DNA of 64,000 nt. Source: Candidatus Krumholzibacteriota bacterium. GTDB taxonomy: Bacteria > Krumholzibacteriota > Krumholzibacteriia > JAJRXK01. The DNA lies in contig CAWDWO010000026.1 of the NCBI GenBank assembly GCA_963806035.1, positions 32,001 through 96,000 on the forward strand, read 5' to 3'. The notes beneath the pieces are model-generated. The model was not told the DNA's origin. It saw only the letters and a program-made list of their open reading frames with translations, and did no database searches. This document shows positions 19,454-27,225 of this stretch, piece after piece. Each line of letters opens with the position of its first letter. Position 1 is the stretch's first letter. The position numbers were made by a program, and so were the translations under genes.

Positions 19454-21646
19454 TCACTTCGTCTCGCTCAACTGCAGCGGCTTTCCGTCGAAATCACCCG
19501 GTAGGGGAATCCCCAGGTATCGCAGCACCGTGGGTCCGATGTCCTGAATGGAGCGCGGCCGGTCGGGGAGTTTGCGGCTACAGAAGAAGATGCCGGCCGT
19601 GATGCGGGGATCGTAGCTGCAGTGGTCACCGCTCCAGTTGTCCATGTTGTCTTCGATGATGTCGGGCGGGATGCCCCCCAAAGCGGTCTGCCAGGAGACC
19701 CGGTAGTTCTCGTTGAAACACACCAGCAGGTCCGGCGCCTCCAGGAACCTGGGACCGTGGAAGACCGAATCGCGCCGCACCACGTCCAGAACCACCGGAG
19801 TGTCGGGGAAGCGCGGATCCTGCAGTTGTTTCAGTCCGTCGATGATCCCCTGACGCACGTCTTCGTATTCACTCGCGCTCACCGAGCCCTGGGGTTCGCG
19901 CAGCTGGAGGTTGACGTAGATGCTTCCCAGTCCAATGGAATAGGCCTTGGTCTTGGGCCAGTCCACGTTCTTGAAAAAACTTCCCTCCGGATCGAAGAGA
20001 TCGTCGAGCTTCTTGTGCTCGCTTGAAGTGTTGGATTTTCCGCGGAGCGTCATGAAGCCGTTTTTCACCAGCCAGGTGTTCAGATTCACTCCGTAGCGGA
20101 AGGAGTGAAAGCCGTGGTCGCTCACGATGATCAAGGTCGTGTTGTCGTCGAGATAGCGGTCCATCACTTCGCCCACGATCGCGTCCATCTTCTGGTAGAT
20201 CTTGAGAATCTGCCCTCCGTAGAGCTTCGCGGCCACCGGATCGTAGTTGGGGTGACCGGGATCGATGAAGCGGTACATCATGTGTTGCATGCGGTCGGTG
20301 GAGAGAAAGACCGCGGCGAAGAGGTCCCAGTCCTCCTTGGCGAGCTCTCCCATGACCACCTTTTTGCGGTTCTCTAGGGTGAAGTCGAGGTCTTCCAGGA
20401 AAGTCGGAATGTCGATGACGTTGTCGCGCAGAGGGTTCGTCGCGATCGACCAACCCACCGTCTCGCGCAAGCCGTATTCCTTGGCCAGATCACAGGCCCA
20501 ATCGCGCGGATCGGAGATGTTGACGGTGGGGGGCAGGTGACAGGGCAGAAAGTTGAGAGGCTCCTGATACAGCTTCAGGTCGGGCTGCAGCTCCAGCAGC
20601 TTGAAACGCGTACTCGCCATCATCTTCAAGAGCGGATTGGCCTGGAAGCTGAGCATGACGAAGTCACTCCACTCACCCACGTGAAGCAGAATCTTCTGCC
20701 CGCCGACTTCCAGCTGCACCGCGTCGTCCCCTTCGCGCGTGAGCTTCAAGGGAACGCTGGCATCTCCCTGGGTGGGAACCAGGGTGGGGCCGAGGATGGC
20801 GGCTGAGGCATGGTCCTCGTCCCAGTGCACGGTGGTGAGCACGCCGCCGGTCTCGGTGGCCTTGGTCTGGAAGGTCTGGGTGGAATAGAGTCCGAAGAGT
20901 CCCCATGTGGCGCGCGCGTCGGGCGTCCCCAAACCGGTGGTGAGATGGACTCCATCCACCTGCTTGGCGGGGAAGGTCATGGGAATGTCGATGAGCTTGC
21001 AGCGCAGGCCGCCGGCCGCGGCGTATTCCCAGAAGGGGGTGCCGGTACGCCGATTTTCCGGACGAGGAAGCTCGTAGGGCAGCCAGCGGAAGAAGGCCAG
21101 GTAGCCCGCGCCCCAGGCGGGCAACGCGAGCAGCAGTCCCAAGACGAGCGCGAAGCGCGGGCGGGCGCGGAAGATGCGCGCCACTCCGAAGACGAAGAAC
21201 AGCGCGATGACCCCCAGCGCGAAGGCCAAGAGCCCGCGACGCAGCTTGGAGGGCATCAGGGGCTCTTCGGTTCGTTTGGCCAGCGCGATGTCGGGGGTGT
21301 AGGTGTAGGGGATGCGGTAGAGAAAATCGAAGATGCCGTGGTAGCCCGGATTCTGCCCGGTGACGAAGGAGGCCCAACTCACCGGGGACTGGGCGGGATA
21401 GGTCGTGGCCAGGTCCGAAAAGCTTCCCTCTTGCGCGAGCTTGCTGAGGTGGGGAAGGTCGTTCTTTTCGAAGTATTCGCGGCAGCGGTCGGGATCGACC
21501 CCGTCGAAGCCGAGCACGATGACGCGCGGATGCGGCGCCTTCTCCTGCGCATGGGCAGCCACGGCGCGGCCGCAGAGAAGCGCGGCCAGAAGCAAGAGGA
21601 CAAGTGAAGAGGGGGAAAGTCTCAAGTCCGATCGTGATCCACGCAT
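19454..21646 (-). CDS. Alkaline phosphatase superfamily protein (type I phosphodiesterase/nucleotide pyrophosphatase-like)
   Basis: VIVLGFDGVD, PAQSPVSWASF (nucleophile region), TDRMQH, IIVSDHGF, WSGDH; SD GAGAGGA upstream of ATG 21646. Confidence 0.88.
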   Translation of the reverse strand: MRGSRSDLRLSPSSLVLLLLAALLCGRAVAAHAQEKAPHPRVIVLGFDGVDPDRCREYFEKNDLPHLSKLAQEGSFSDLATTYPAQSPVSWASFVTGQNPGYHGIFDFLYRIPYTYTPDIALAKRTEEPLMPSKLRRGLLAFALGVIALFFVFGVARIFRARPRFALVLGLLLALPAWGAGYLAFFRWLPYELPRPENRRTGTPFWEYAAAGGLRCKLIDIPMTFPAKQVDGVHLTTGLGTPDARATWGLFGLYSTQTFQTKATETGGVLTTVHWDEDHASAAILGPTLVPTQGDASVPLKLTREGDDAVQLEVGGQKILLHVGEWSDFVMLSFQANPLLKMMASTRFKLLELQPDLKLYQEPLNFLPCHLPPTVNISDPRDWACDLAKEYGLRETVGWSIATNPLRDNVIDIPTFLEDLDFTLENRKKVVMGELAKEDWDLFAAVFLSTDRMQHMMYRFIDPGHPNYDPVAAKLYGGQILKIYQKMDAIVGEVMDRYLDDNTTLIIVSDHGFHSFRYGVNLNTWLVKNGFMTLRGKSNTSSEHKKLDDLFDPEGSFFKNVDWPKTKAYSIGLGSIYVNLQLREPQGSVSASEYEDVRQGIIDGLKQLQDPRFPDTPVVLDVVRRDSVFHGPRFLEAPDLLVCFNENYRVSWQTALGGIPPDIIEDNMDNWSGDHCSYDPRITAGIFFCSRKLPDRPRSIQDIGPTVLRYLGIPLPGDFDGKPLQLSETK

Positions 21647-21698
21647 TGCGCATCCTCTCGAGCAGACGGTTCCACGGCTGGTCTTCCGCCGCGTGCGT

Positions 21699-22724
21699 TC
21701 ATTGCGCGCGGCTCTTGGCCCTGTAGTCCGCTTCGATCTGCAAGACATCTTCTTTGCAACCCAAGAAGAGAGGCACGCGTTGGTGCAGGCTCTCGGGTTG
21801 CAGCTCCAAGATAGGCCCTTCTCCGTTGCTTGCGTAACCTCCGGCTTCCTGTGCGACGTAGGCCAGAGGATTTGCTTCGTACATCAGTCGCAGCTTGGGG
21901 CGCGGTGATCCGCCCTTCGGATCGAGAAGAGACGGATAGAGAAAGATGCCACCGCGCAGAAGGTTGCGGTGGAAATCGGATACCAGGCTGCCGATGTAAC
22001 GCGCGGTGAGCGCGGGTCGCTCTGAATTCCCCCGCTTGTACCCTTCCACCGTCTGACGAATCGTGTCATCCCAGCGGTCGGCGTGGCCCTCGTTGGTGGA
22101 GTAGGTCGTCGCGCGCTTGGGAGTCTTGATGTTCTCGTGCGACAGGAGAAATTCTCCAACCGTGGGATCGAGGGTGAAACCGTGGACTCCATGCCCCGCC
22201 GAATACACGAGCATGGTGCTGCTTCCGTAGATCACGTAACCCGCGGCATACTGCTTGAAACCGGGCTGGAGCAGATCTTCCGAGCGAACCGGGCCCTGGG
22301 GGCTCACCCTGCGCAGGACGGAGAAAATGGTTCCGATGGAGACGTTGACGTCGATGTTGCTCGAGCCGTCCAGAGGATCGAAAAGCAGCACATAATCGCC
22401 GGTGAGGCGCTCGCTCTCGACCGGGATGGGGTCTTCCTTCTCCTCGCTCGCCATGAGACAGACGCGTCCACCCCGGCCCACGATCCTGGCCATGACTTCG
22501 TGCGCATAGATGTCGAGCTTCTGGACTTTCTCGCCCTGGACGTTGCGTTCTCCGGTGCCGCCGAGAATGTCGATGAGGCCGGCCCGGTTGACGTGGTGGG
22601 AGATGATTTTGCTCGCGAAGGCGATGTCGCGCAGAAGGCCGGAGAATTCGCCGCGGGCATGGGGGTGCTGGGCCTGCACGTCCTGAATGTGTCGTTCGAT
22701 GGTGATGATGTTGGATTCCGCCAC
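21699..22724 (-). CDS. fbp: Class 1 fructose-1,6-bisphosphatase
   Basis: NVQGEKVQKLD, FDPLDGSSNIDVNVSIGTIFS, RYIGSLVSDFHRNLLRGG, KLRLMYEANP. Confidence 0.97.
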   Translation of the reverse strand: MAESNIITIERHIQDVQAQHPHARGEFSGLLRDIAFASKIISHHVNRAGLIDILGGTGERNVQGEKVQKLDIYAHEVMARIVGRGGRVCLMASEEKEDPIPVESERLTGDYVLLFDPLDGSSNIDVNVSIGTIFSVLRRVSPQGPVRSEDLLQPGFKQYAAGYVIYGSSTMLVYSAGHGVHGFTLDPTVGEFLLSHENIKTPKRATTYSTNEGHADRWDDTIRQTVEGYKRGNSERPALTARYIGSLVSDFHRNLLRGGIFLYPSLLDPKGGSPRPKLRLMYEANPLAYVAQEAGGYASNGEGPILELQPESLHQRVPLFLGCKEDVLQIEADYRAKSRAQ

Positions 22725-22921
22725 TCTGCCACCTTGGAATCAGGATCTCATCGCGGGGGATTGAGCGCTCCAAAGAATAGCAGAGAGTGAGCTACTTGTC
22801 GCTTGCCCGATCCCTGCAGGAGTTGGTTCTGTCTTGGAAATCGTGCAGGGCCCGGATGCTGCCTGAGGGGGCAGGCTCGACCCTGGAGCATGCGCGCGGC
22901 GCCGGGCAAGAGTGCTCTTCC

Positions 22922-24043
22922 TCAGCGGTGGGTGGGTCGGTAGCTCAGGGTGAGAGTCGACTCGCCCGGTGGCAAGCAGACCAGGCGCCACTCGCTTCCG
23001 CCGGCCTCCACGCGCTGGCTCTTGGGCCGGGGAAAGGAGCTGTTCCAGTCGCTCAGAGTCCGGTCGCGCCAGCGCCGGGGCAGGGCAATGGCCGCGCGGA
23101 AGTCCTCTCCCGGGACCACGAGCTTCAGCTGCAGGGTCCTTGGGGCCTGCCAGCTGGGAAGGAAGTGGATCTCGCGCCGGAATTGACGCCACTCGGGCTC
23201 GCTCAGCGAACTCAGGCTGCTATCGCAGGGCTGGGGCCAGAGGCGCGGAAAGGGCAGCGGGAAGATGTCCGGAGAGAGCAGGGCATCGATGATGGCGGTG
23301 CGCCACTGCGCCTTGCGTTGTTCGCCGAGGGTGGAGTTCTTCTCCAACGCGCGCAGGAGCCGTGGGAGGCACAGGGCCTGACTCAAATAGCCGCCCTGAC
23401 CGCGGCTCGTCCACCAGATCGAAGACATCCCGAAGGGGTTTCCCACCGACCTCAGCCCGTAGCTCACGGGGCGCAGACCCGACTGAACGAAGTGGATCGA
23501 CAGGGGCGGCAGAGAGGCCGGCATCGCCTTCTGGCCGGGAGCGTCCGGATCGAAAGCCGAAGAGATCGAGGAGCCCGTCTCCCAGCCGAGCTGCGCCGGC
23601 CAGCTCAGCTGGTCGTGCTCCTTGCTGAAGAGGATCCGCAGCCCCGCGGTCTTGGCCCACGGGCCCTCCGGCGTGTCCAGCATCGCGATCCCGCCTTGCT
23701 CCACGAAGGCGCCCAGCTTGCCCAGGCTCAGCGTGTCCAGCTCCGCCATCGCGGCATGAGTGAGGACGACCAGGATCCGATCGTTCAGAGTTTTCTGCGC
23801 CGGGGAGGCGGCAAAGCGCGCCGTGCCCATCTGGTCGCAACCGCCGAGGGTGGAGTCGATCAACTCGCGCCACAGCCGGTCGTTCTGCAGTTCGTCGCTA
23901 CCGGCCCGGTCGGCGTGGACCAAGAGAATCGGGTGGCCGGTCTCGCGCTCGTCGTTCTGCGAGCTGTGGCCGCAGGAGCTCAGAGCACCGCTTGAAGAGA
24001 GGATGAGGAGGATGGGCAGTAGGAAGAAGAGAGTACGGCGCAT
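22922..24043 (-). CDS. Hypothetical exported protein/lipoprotein
   Basis: N-terminus MRRTLFFLLPILLIL..ALSSC resembles a lipoprotein signal; fills the gap; no recognised domain. Confidence 0.55.
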   Translation of the reverse strand: MRRTLFFLLPILLILSSSGALSSCGHSSQNDERETGHPILLVHADRAGSDELQNDRLWRELIDSTLGGCDQMGTARFAASPAQKTLNDRILVVLTHAAMAELDTLSLGKLGAFVEQGGIAMLDTPEGPWAKTAGLRILFSKEHDQLSWPAQLGWETGSSISSAFDPDAPGQKAMPASLPPLSIHFVQSGLRPVSYGLRSVGNPFGMSSIWWTSRGQGGYLSQALCLPRLLRALEKNSTLGEQRKAQWRTAIIDALLSPDIFPLPFPRLWPQPCDSSLSSLSEPEWRQFRREIHFLPSWQAPRTLQLKLVVPGEDFRAAIALPRRWRDRTLSDWNSSFPRPKSQRVEAGGSEWRLVCLPPGESTLTLSYRPTHR

Positions 24044-24156
24044 GGACACTGAGGGGTGGCTCGGGGATCGGCGGCGAGAGGCGAGGCTCGACCTTCGCAT
24101 GATATCGATGGGGGTGGAGCTTGTCGACTGGGGTCCGCGCGGCTAGGCTTTCCCGC

Positions 24157-24510
24157 ATGAAGCTTTCCCGCGCCCGGCGCATTCTACTCATCATGAGTTT
24201 CGCGGCGGCGGCCTGCCTTGCCGCCTGCGGACACCGAGCGGAGCAGCCAAAACCGGCGCCGCTGCAGGAGCTCCACTGGCCCCCGGTGGAAGGGGCGGGA
24301 AGCTACCGGGTGCGCGCCTGGTCGGGCTATCGGCTCCTTTTCGCAGAGGACAGCTGGGACACCCTGCTCGCGCTCACCCCCAACATGCAGAGGGTCCTGG
24401 CGGGCTGTGATTCTCTGACTCTGGAGGTGAAGGCCCTCGACGCCGCGAATCTTCCCCTTCCGGGAGGGCATCGGCGCTACGAGTTCGAGGGCTCGCCCAA
24501 GGGCCGCTAG
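24157..24510 (+). CDS. Small hypothetical lipoprotein, FN3-like
   Basis: Lipobox LAAC; LHWPPVEGAGSYRV resembles an FN3 strand pattern. Confidence 0.6.
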   Translation: MKLSRARRILLIMSFAAAACLAACGHRAEQPKPAPLQELHWPPVEGAGSYRVRAWSGYRLLFAEDSWDTLLALTPNMQRVLAGCDSLTLEVKALDAANLPLPGGHRRYEFEGSPKGR

Positions 24511-24518
24511 CGGGGCGA

Positions 24519-24605
24519 TGGTGCCGGAGGTGGGACTCGAACCCACACGAACAAGAGTCCACGGCATTTTGAGTGCCGCGCGTCTACCAGTTCCGCCACT
24601 CCGGC
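24519..24605 (-). tRNA. tRNA-Leu (anticodon CAA)
   Basis: Reverse complement GCCGGAGTGGCGGAACTGGTAGACGCG CGGCA-CTCAAAA-TGCCG, long variable arm, GGTTCGAGTCCC, CCA end; 87 nt. Confidence 0.96.
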
Positions 24606-24624
24606 ACGGTGCGCTGCGCCCGGC

Positions 24625-24653
24625 AGCGTAGGAAGGAGAGGGGCTCCTGTCAA
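24625..24653 (-). promoter_or_regulatory. sigma70 promoter for tRNA-Leu
   Basis: Minus strand TTGACA-N17-TACGCT, 20 nt upstream of the tRNA. Confidence 0.7.
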
Positions 24654-24679
24654 CTCTGGCTCGATTGAAGCCTGAACTC

Positions 24680-24707
24680 TTGACAGAAATCGCCTACACT
24701 CTAGATT
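24680..24707 (+). promoter_or_regulatory. sigma70 promoter for tRNA-Ala
   Basis: TTGACA-N16-TAGATT upstream of the tRNA. Confidence 0.65.
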
Positions 24708-24723
24708 CACGGCTCAGGTTTTC

Positions 24724-24799
24724 GGGGCCATAGCTCAGCTGGGAGAGCGCATGACTGGCAGTCATGAGGTCAGGGGTTCGATCCCCCTTGGCTCCACCA
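24724..24799 (+). tRNA. tRNA-Ala (anticodon GGC)
   Basis: GGGGCCATAGCTCAGCTGGGAGAGCG CATGA-CTGGCAG-TCATG ... GGTTCGATCCC ... CTCCACCA; 76 nt. Confidence 0.97.
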
Positions 24800-24887
24800 A
24801 TCTACTGGACTGAATGGGGAGAGGGCGGTCTCAGGCGAGGTCGCCCTTCACTTCTTCCTGAGACCCCGATTCGAACTGGGGGAAGGC

Positions 24888-26246
24888 ATGGCGAAGCACC
24901 CGACTCTTCTCCTTTTGGAAGATGGACTCGAAGCGGGCCTGACTCCCTTGGCCCTGACGCGTCCCAGCTTCGAGTTGCGCAGCGGCGCGTTGAATCTGCG
25001 CGAGCGCGCCGAGCTGGTCGCGCCCGGCCGCGTGCGGGCGCGCGTGAGGGGCGAGCTGCGCGAACTGCTCCGGCGGACGCTTCCCGATCTCACAGAGAGC
25101 ATCGATCCCCAGGAGCGCGTGTTGCTCCTCAACGCTCGCCTGCGAATTTCCGTGGAGGATCTGGCCGCGCTCTCCGCCGCCGATGACGGCAGCGACTGTG
25201 TCCTTCGTGAGCAGGCAGCGGAGGATGCCAAGAACCCCTCCGGCGCGAATTGGGTGGCGGCCTGGCTCTCCGGCGCGGCCGCGTCCGCGCTAAAGTATGA
25301 AGCGCAGCCCGAGTTCGCCGGCGTGAAGAGCAAAACCGTCGCGCATTCGCTCTTCACTTTTCCCTGGGATTACCTCGCGGCCAACGAAGAGGATCTGCGG
25401 CGCGATTTCGCCAGCATTGCGCGTCACGGGGCCGTACCGCGGCGCATCTTCGGCGTCTGCTTCCAGGAGTCGGCGCCGGCGCGCGCCTCTCTTGGCGAGA
25501 GCGCTTTCGGGGATGGCTCCGCGGCCATTCTCTATCCCGGAGTTCACATCCTGAACGATCGTGAGGTGCTCTTCGGAGCGGGCGCGACGATCAAGCCCGG
25601 GGTGGTTCTGGACGCCGAACACGGTCCGATCCTGATCGGGGCCGGTGCGGTGCTTCACTCGAACGTGAGCGTTCAGGGTCCGGCCTATCTCGGCCCCGGA
25701 TGCGTGGTCCATCCGATGACTCGTTTGCGCGAGGGAGTCTCGATCGGCGCACTTTGCAAGCTGGGAGGGGAGATCGAAGAGTCGCTCATGCTCGACTTGA
25801 GCAACAAGCAGCATGACGGATTTTTGGGTCATGGCTACCTGGGCAGTTGGGTGAATCTGGGTGCCGATACCAACGCGAGTGATTTGAAGAACAACTACTC
25901 CACGGTACGCGTCGATTTGGGCGAAGGTGCAATGGAAACCCACGAGCGTTTCTTGGGTCCCATCCTGGGCGACCACGTGCGCTGCGCGATCAACACCATG
26001 TTCAACACGGGCAGCGTCGTGGGGGTCTGCAGCAACGTCTTCGGCGCCGGTTTTCCGCCGCGCTTCATGCCGAATTTCAGCTGGGGCGGGAGCGACGGGC
26101 TCAGCGCCTACGAACTCGAGAAGGCCCTCGCCACCGCGCGCATCGTCCTCGCCCGGCGCCAGGTCGAATGGCTTTCGGAGTACGAGGAGTTGCTGCGCAG
26201 CCTGCACGCCATGGGCGAAATGACGCACGGAAGGCCGGGAAACTAG
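24888..26246 (+). CDS. Putative sugar nucleotidyltransferase with hexapeptide repeats (alternative GlmU type found in FCB bacteria)
   Basis: PLALTRPSFELRSG N-terminus, left-handed beta-helix repeats, KLGGEIEES, SNKQHDGFLGH, WVNLGADTNASDLKNNY, INTMFNTG. Confidence 0.85.
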   Translation: MAKHPTLLLLEDGLEAGLTPLALTRPSFELRSGALNLRERAELVAPGRVRARVRGELRELLRRTLPDLTESIDPQERVLLLNARLRISVEDLAALSAADDGSDCVLREQAAEDAKNPSGANWVAAWLSGAAASALKYEAQPEFAGVKSKTVAHSLFTFPWDYLAANEEDLRRDFASIARHGAVPRRIFGVCFQESAPARASLGESAFGDGSAAILYPGVHILNDREVLFGAGATIKPGVVLDAEHGPILIGAGAVLHSNVSVQGPAYLGPGCVVHPMTRLREGVSIGALCKLGGEIEESLMLDLSNKQHDGFLGHGYLGSWVNLGADTNASDLKNNYSTVRVDLGEGAMETHERFLGPILGDHVRCAINTMFNTGSVVGVCSNVFGAGFPPRFMPNFSWGGSDGLSAYELEKALATARIVLARRQVEWLSEYEELLRSLHAMGEMTHGRPGN

Positions 26247-26349
26247 AGGGGCTCGAGCCCGGGCTATTCCTTTAAGCTATTCTAGAATAACGAGATAGAG
26301 GAGTCCAAGCGCAGACCCGGCGGAGCGGCACGCGTCTTGATGCAAGAGA

Positions 26350-26516
26350 AAGACGCGCTGCCTGCCAAGCACGGGATTGCCGGGCTGCTCATACCCTTCG
26401 CTGGTTTGTATTCGCAAGTACCGGCACGCGGCAGACGTGGGCAGCGCATAAACCACCTCCGTTGATGAGCGAAGAAGGCGCTGTTTCCGGCTGGAAGCGG
26501 CGCCTCTTCGCGTCTT
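26350..26516 (+). ncRNA. Candidate structured sRNA or cis-regulatory leader upstream of the BMC operon
   Basis: Nested stems 26384-92/26437-45 and 26400-05/26420-25, anti-SD-like ACCACCTCC, terminal hairpin; preceded by sigma54-like CGGCAC-N5-TTGA. No family recognised. Confidence 0.35.
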
Positions 26517-26517
26517 T
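26469..26517 (+). terminator. Strong hairpin, probable intrinsic terminator
   Basis: GCGAAGAAGGCGCTGTTTCC-GGCT-GGAAGCGGCGCCTCTTCGC followed by GTCTTT. Confidence 0.55.
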
Positions 26518-26525
26518 ACCCTTCA

Positions 26526-26554
26526 TTGACACCAATTGAGCCCCCTGCTAGGTT
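26526..26554 (+). promoter_or_regulatory. sigma70 promoter of the BMC operon
   Basis: TTGACA-N17-TAGGTT with extended -10 TGn. Confidence 0.7.
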
Positions 26555-26626
26555 TCGCTTCCGGGTCGGGATCTAGGTGTAGACCGTCGACCCAACAGTT
26601 CTCTAGAGCAAGGAGCACGAGCTGCC

Positions 26627-26917
26627 ATGAAGGAAGCGCTGGGCATGATCGAAACCCGTGGCTTCGCCGCCATGGTGGAGGCAGCGGACGCCATGGTGAA
26701 GGCTGCCAACGTCAGCTTGGTGGGTTACGAGAAAATCGGGGGCGCGTACTGCACCGCCATCGTACGAGGAGACGTTGCAGCCGTGAAAGCGGCCACCGAC
26801 GCGGGCGGAGCTGCCGCCTCCAAGATCGGTGAGCTCATCTGCGTCCACGTCATCCCCAGGCCCCACTTGAATGTGCAAGACACCTTGCCCATTGGTGGCG
26901 TGGCCGACGGCAAGTAA
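26627..26917 (+). CDS. Bacterial microcompartment hexamer shell protein (BMC-H, EutM/PduA/CcmK family)
   Basis: [38 protein letters not shown]. Confidence 0.97.
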   Translation: MKEALGMIETRGFAAMVEAADAMVKAANVSLVGYEKIGGAYCTAIVRGDVAAVKAATDAGGAAASKIGELICVHVIPRPHLNVQDTLPIGGVADGK

Positions 26918-26920
26918 GCC

Positions 26921-27208
26921 ATGCAACTCGCCGAGGTCATCGGCACCGTAGTGGCCACTCGCAAGGAGGAGAGCTTGCGAGGGGTGAAGCTGCTCGTGCT
27001 CAAGACGGTCGATGTAAACCGCGAGCCGGTGGGAAGCTACGTGGTTGCGGTGGACGCGGTCGGTGCGGGCGTGGGTGAAATCGTCATCTACGCCTCCGGC
27101 TCCTCGTCCCGAATGACCGAACTCACGAAGGAACGCCCGGTGGACGCAATCGTGATGGGAATCGTCGATTCTCTGGAGATCGCGGGAAAGTTCGTCTACC
27201 AGAAGTAG
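26921..27208 (+). CDS. BMC pentamer vertex protein (EutN/CcmL family)
   Basis: MQLAEVIGTVVATRK, VAVDAVGAGVGE, GSSSR, PVDAIVMGIVD. Confidence 0.96.
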   Translation: MQLAEVIGTVVATRKEESLRGVKLLVLKTVDVNREPVGSYVVAVDAVGAGVGEIVIYASGSSSRMTELTKERPVDAIVMGIVDSLEIAGKFVYQK

Positions 27209-27225
27209 ATCCGCGCGGAGACTGA

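Noticed and set aside
22787..23995. 402-aa plus-strand ORF
   Set aside because: The minus-strand ORF has a signal peptide and more protein-like composition.
24519..24887. tRNA-anchored genomic island
   Set aside because: No adjacent integrase, duplicated tRNA end or obvious compositional shift.
26247..26626. Cobalamin or other known riboswitch ahead of the BMC operon
   Set aside because: No B12-box or other recognisable aptamer consensus by eye; kept only as an unknown structured element.
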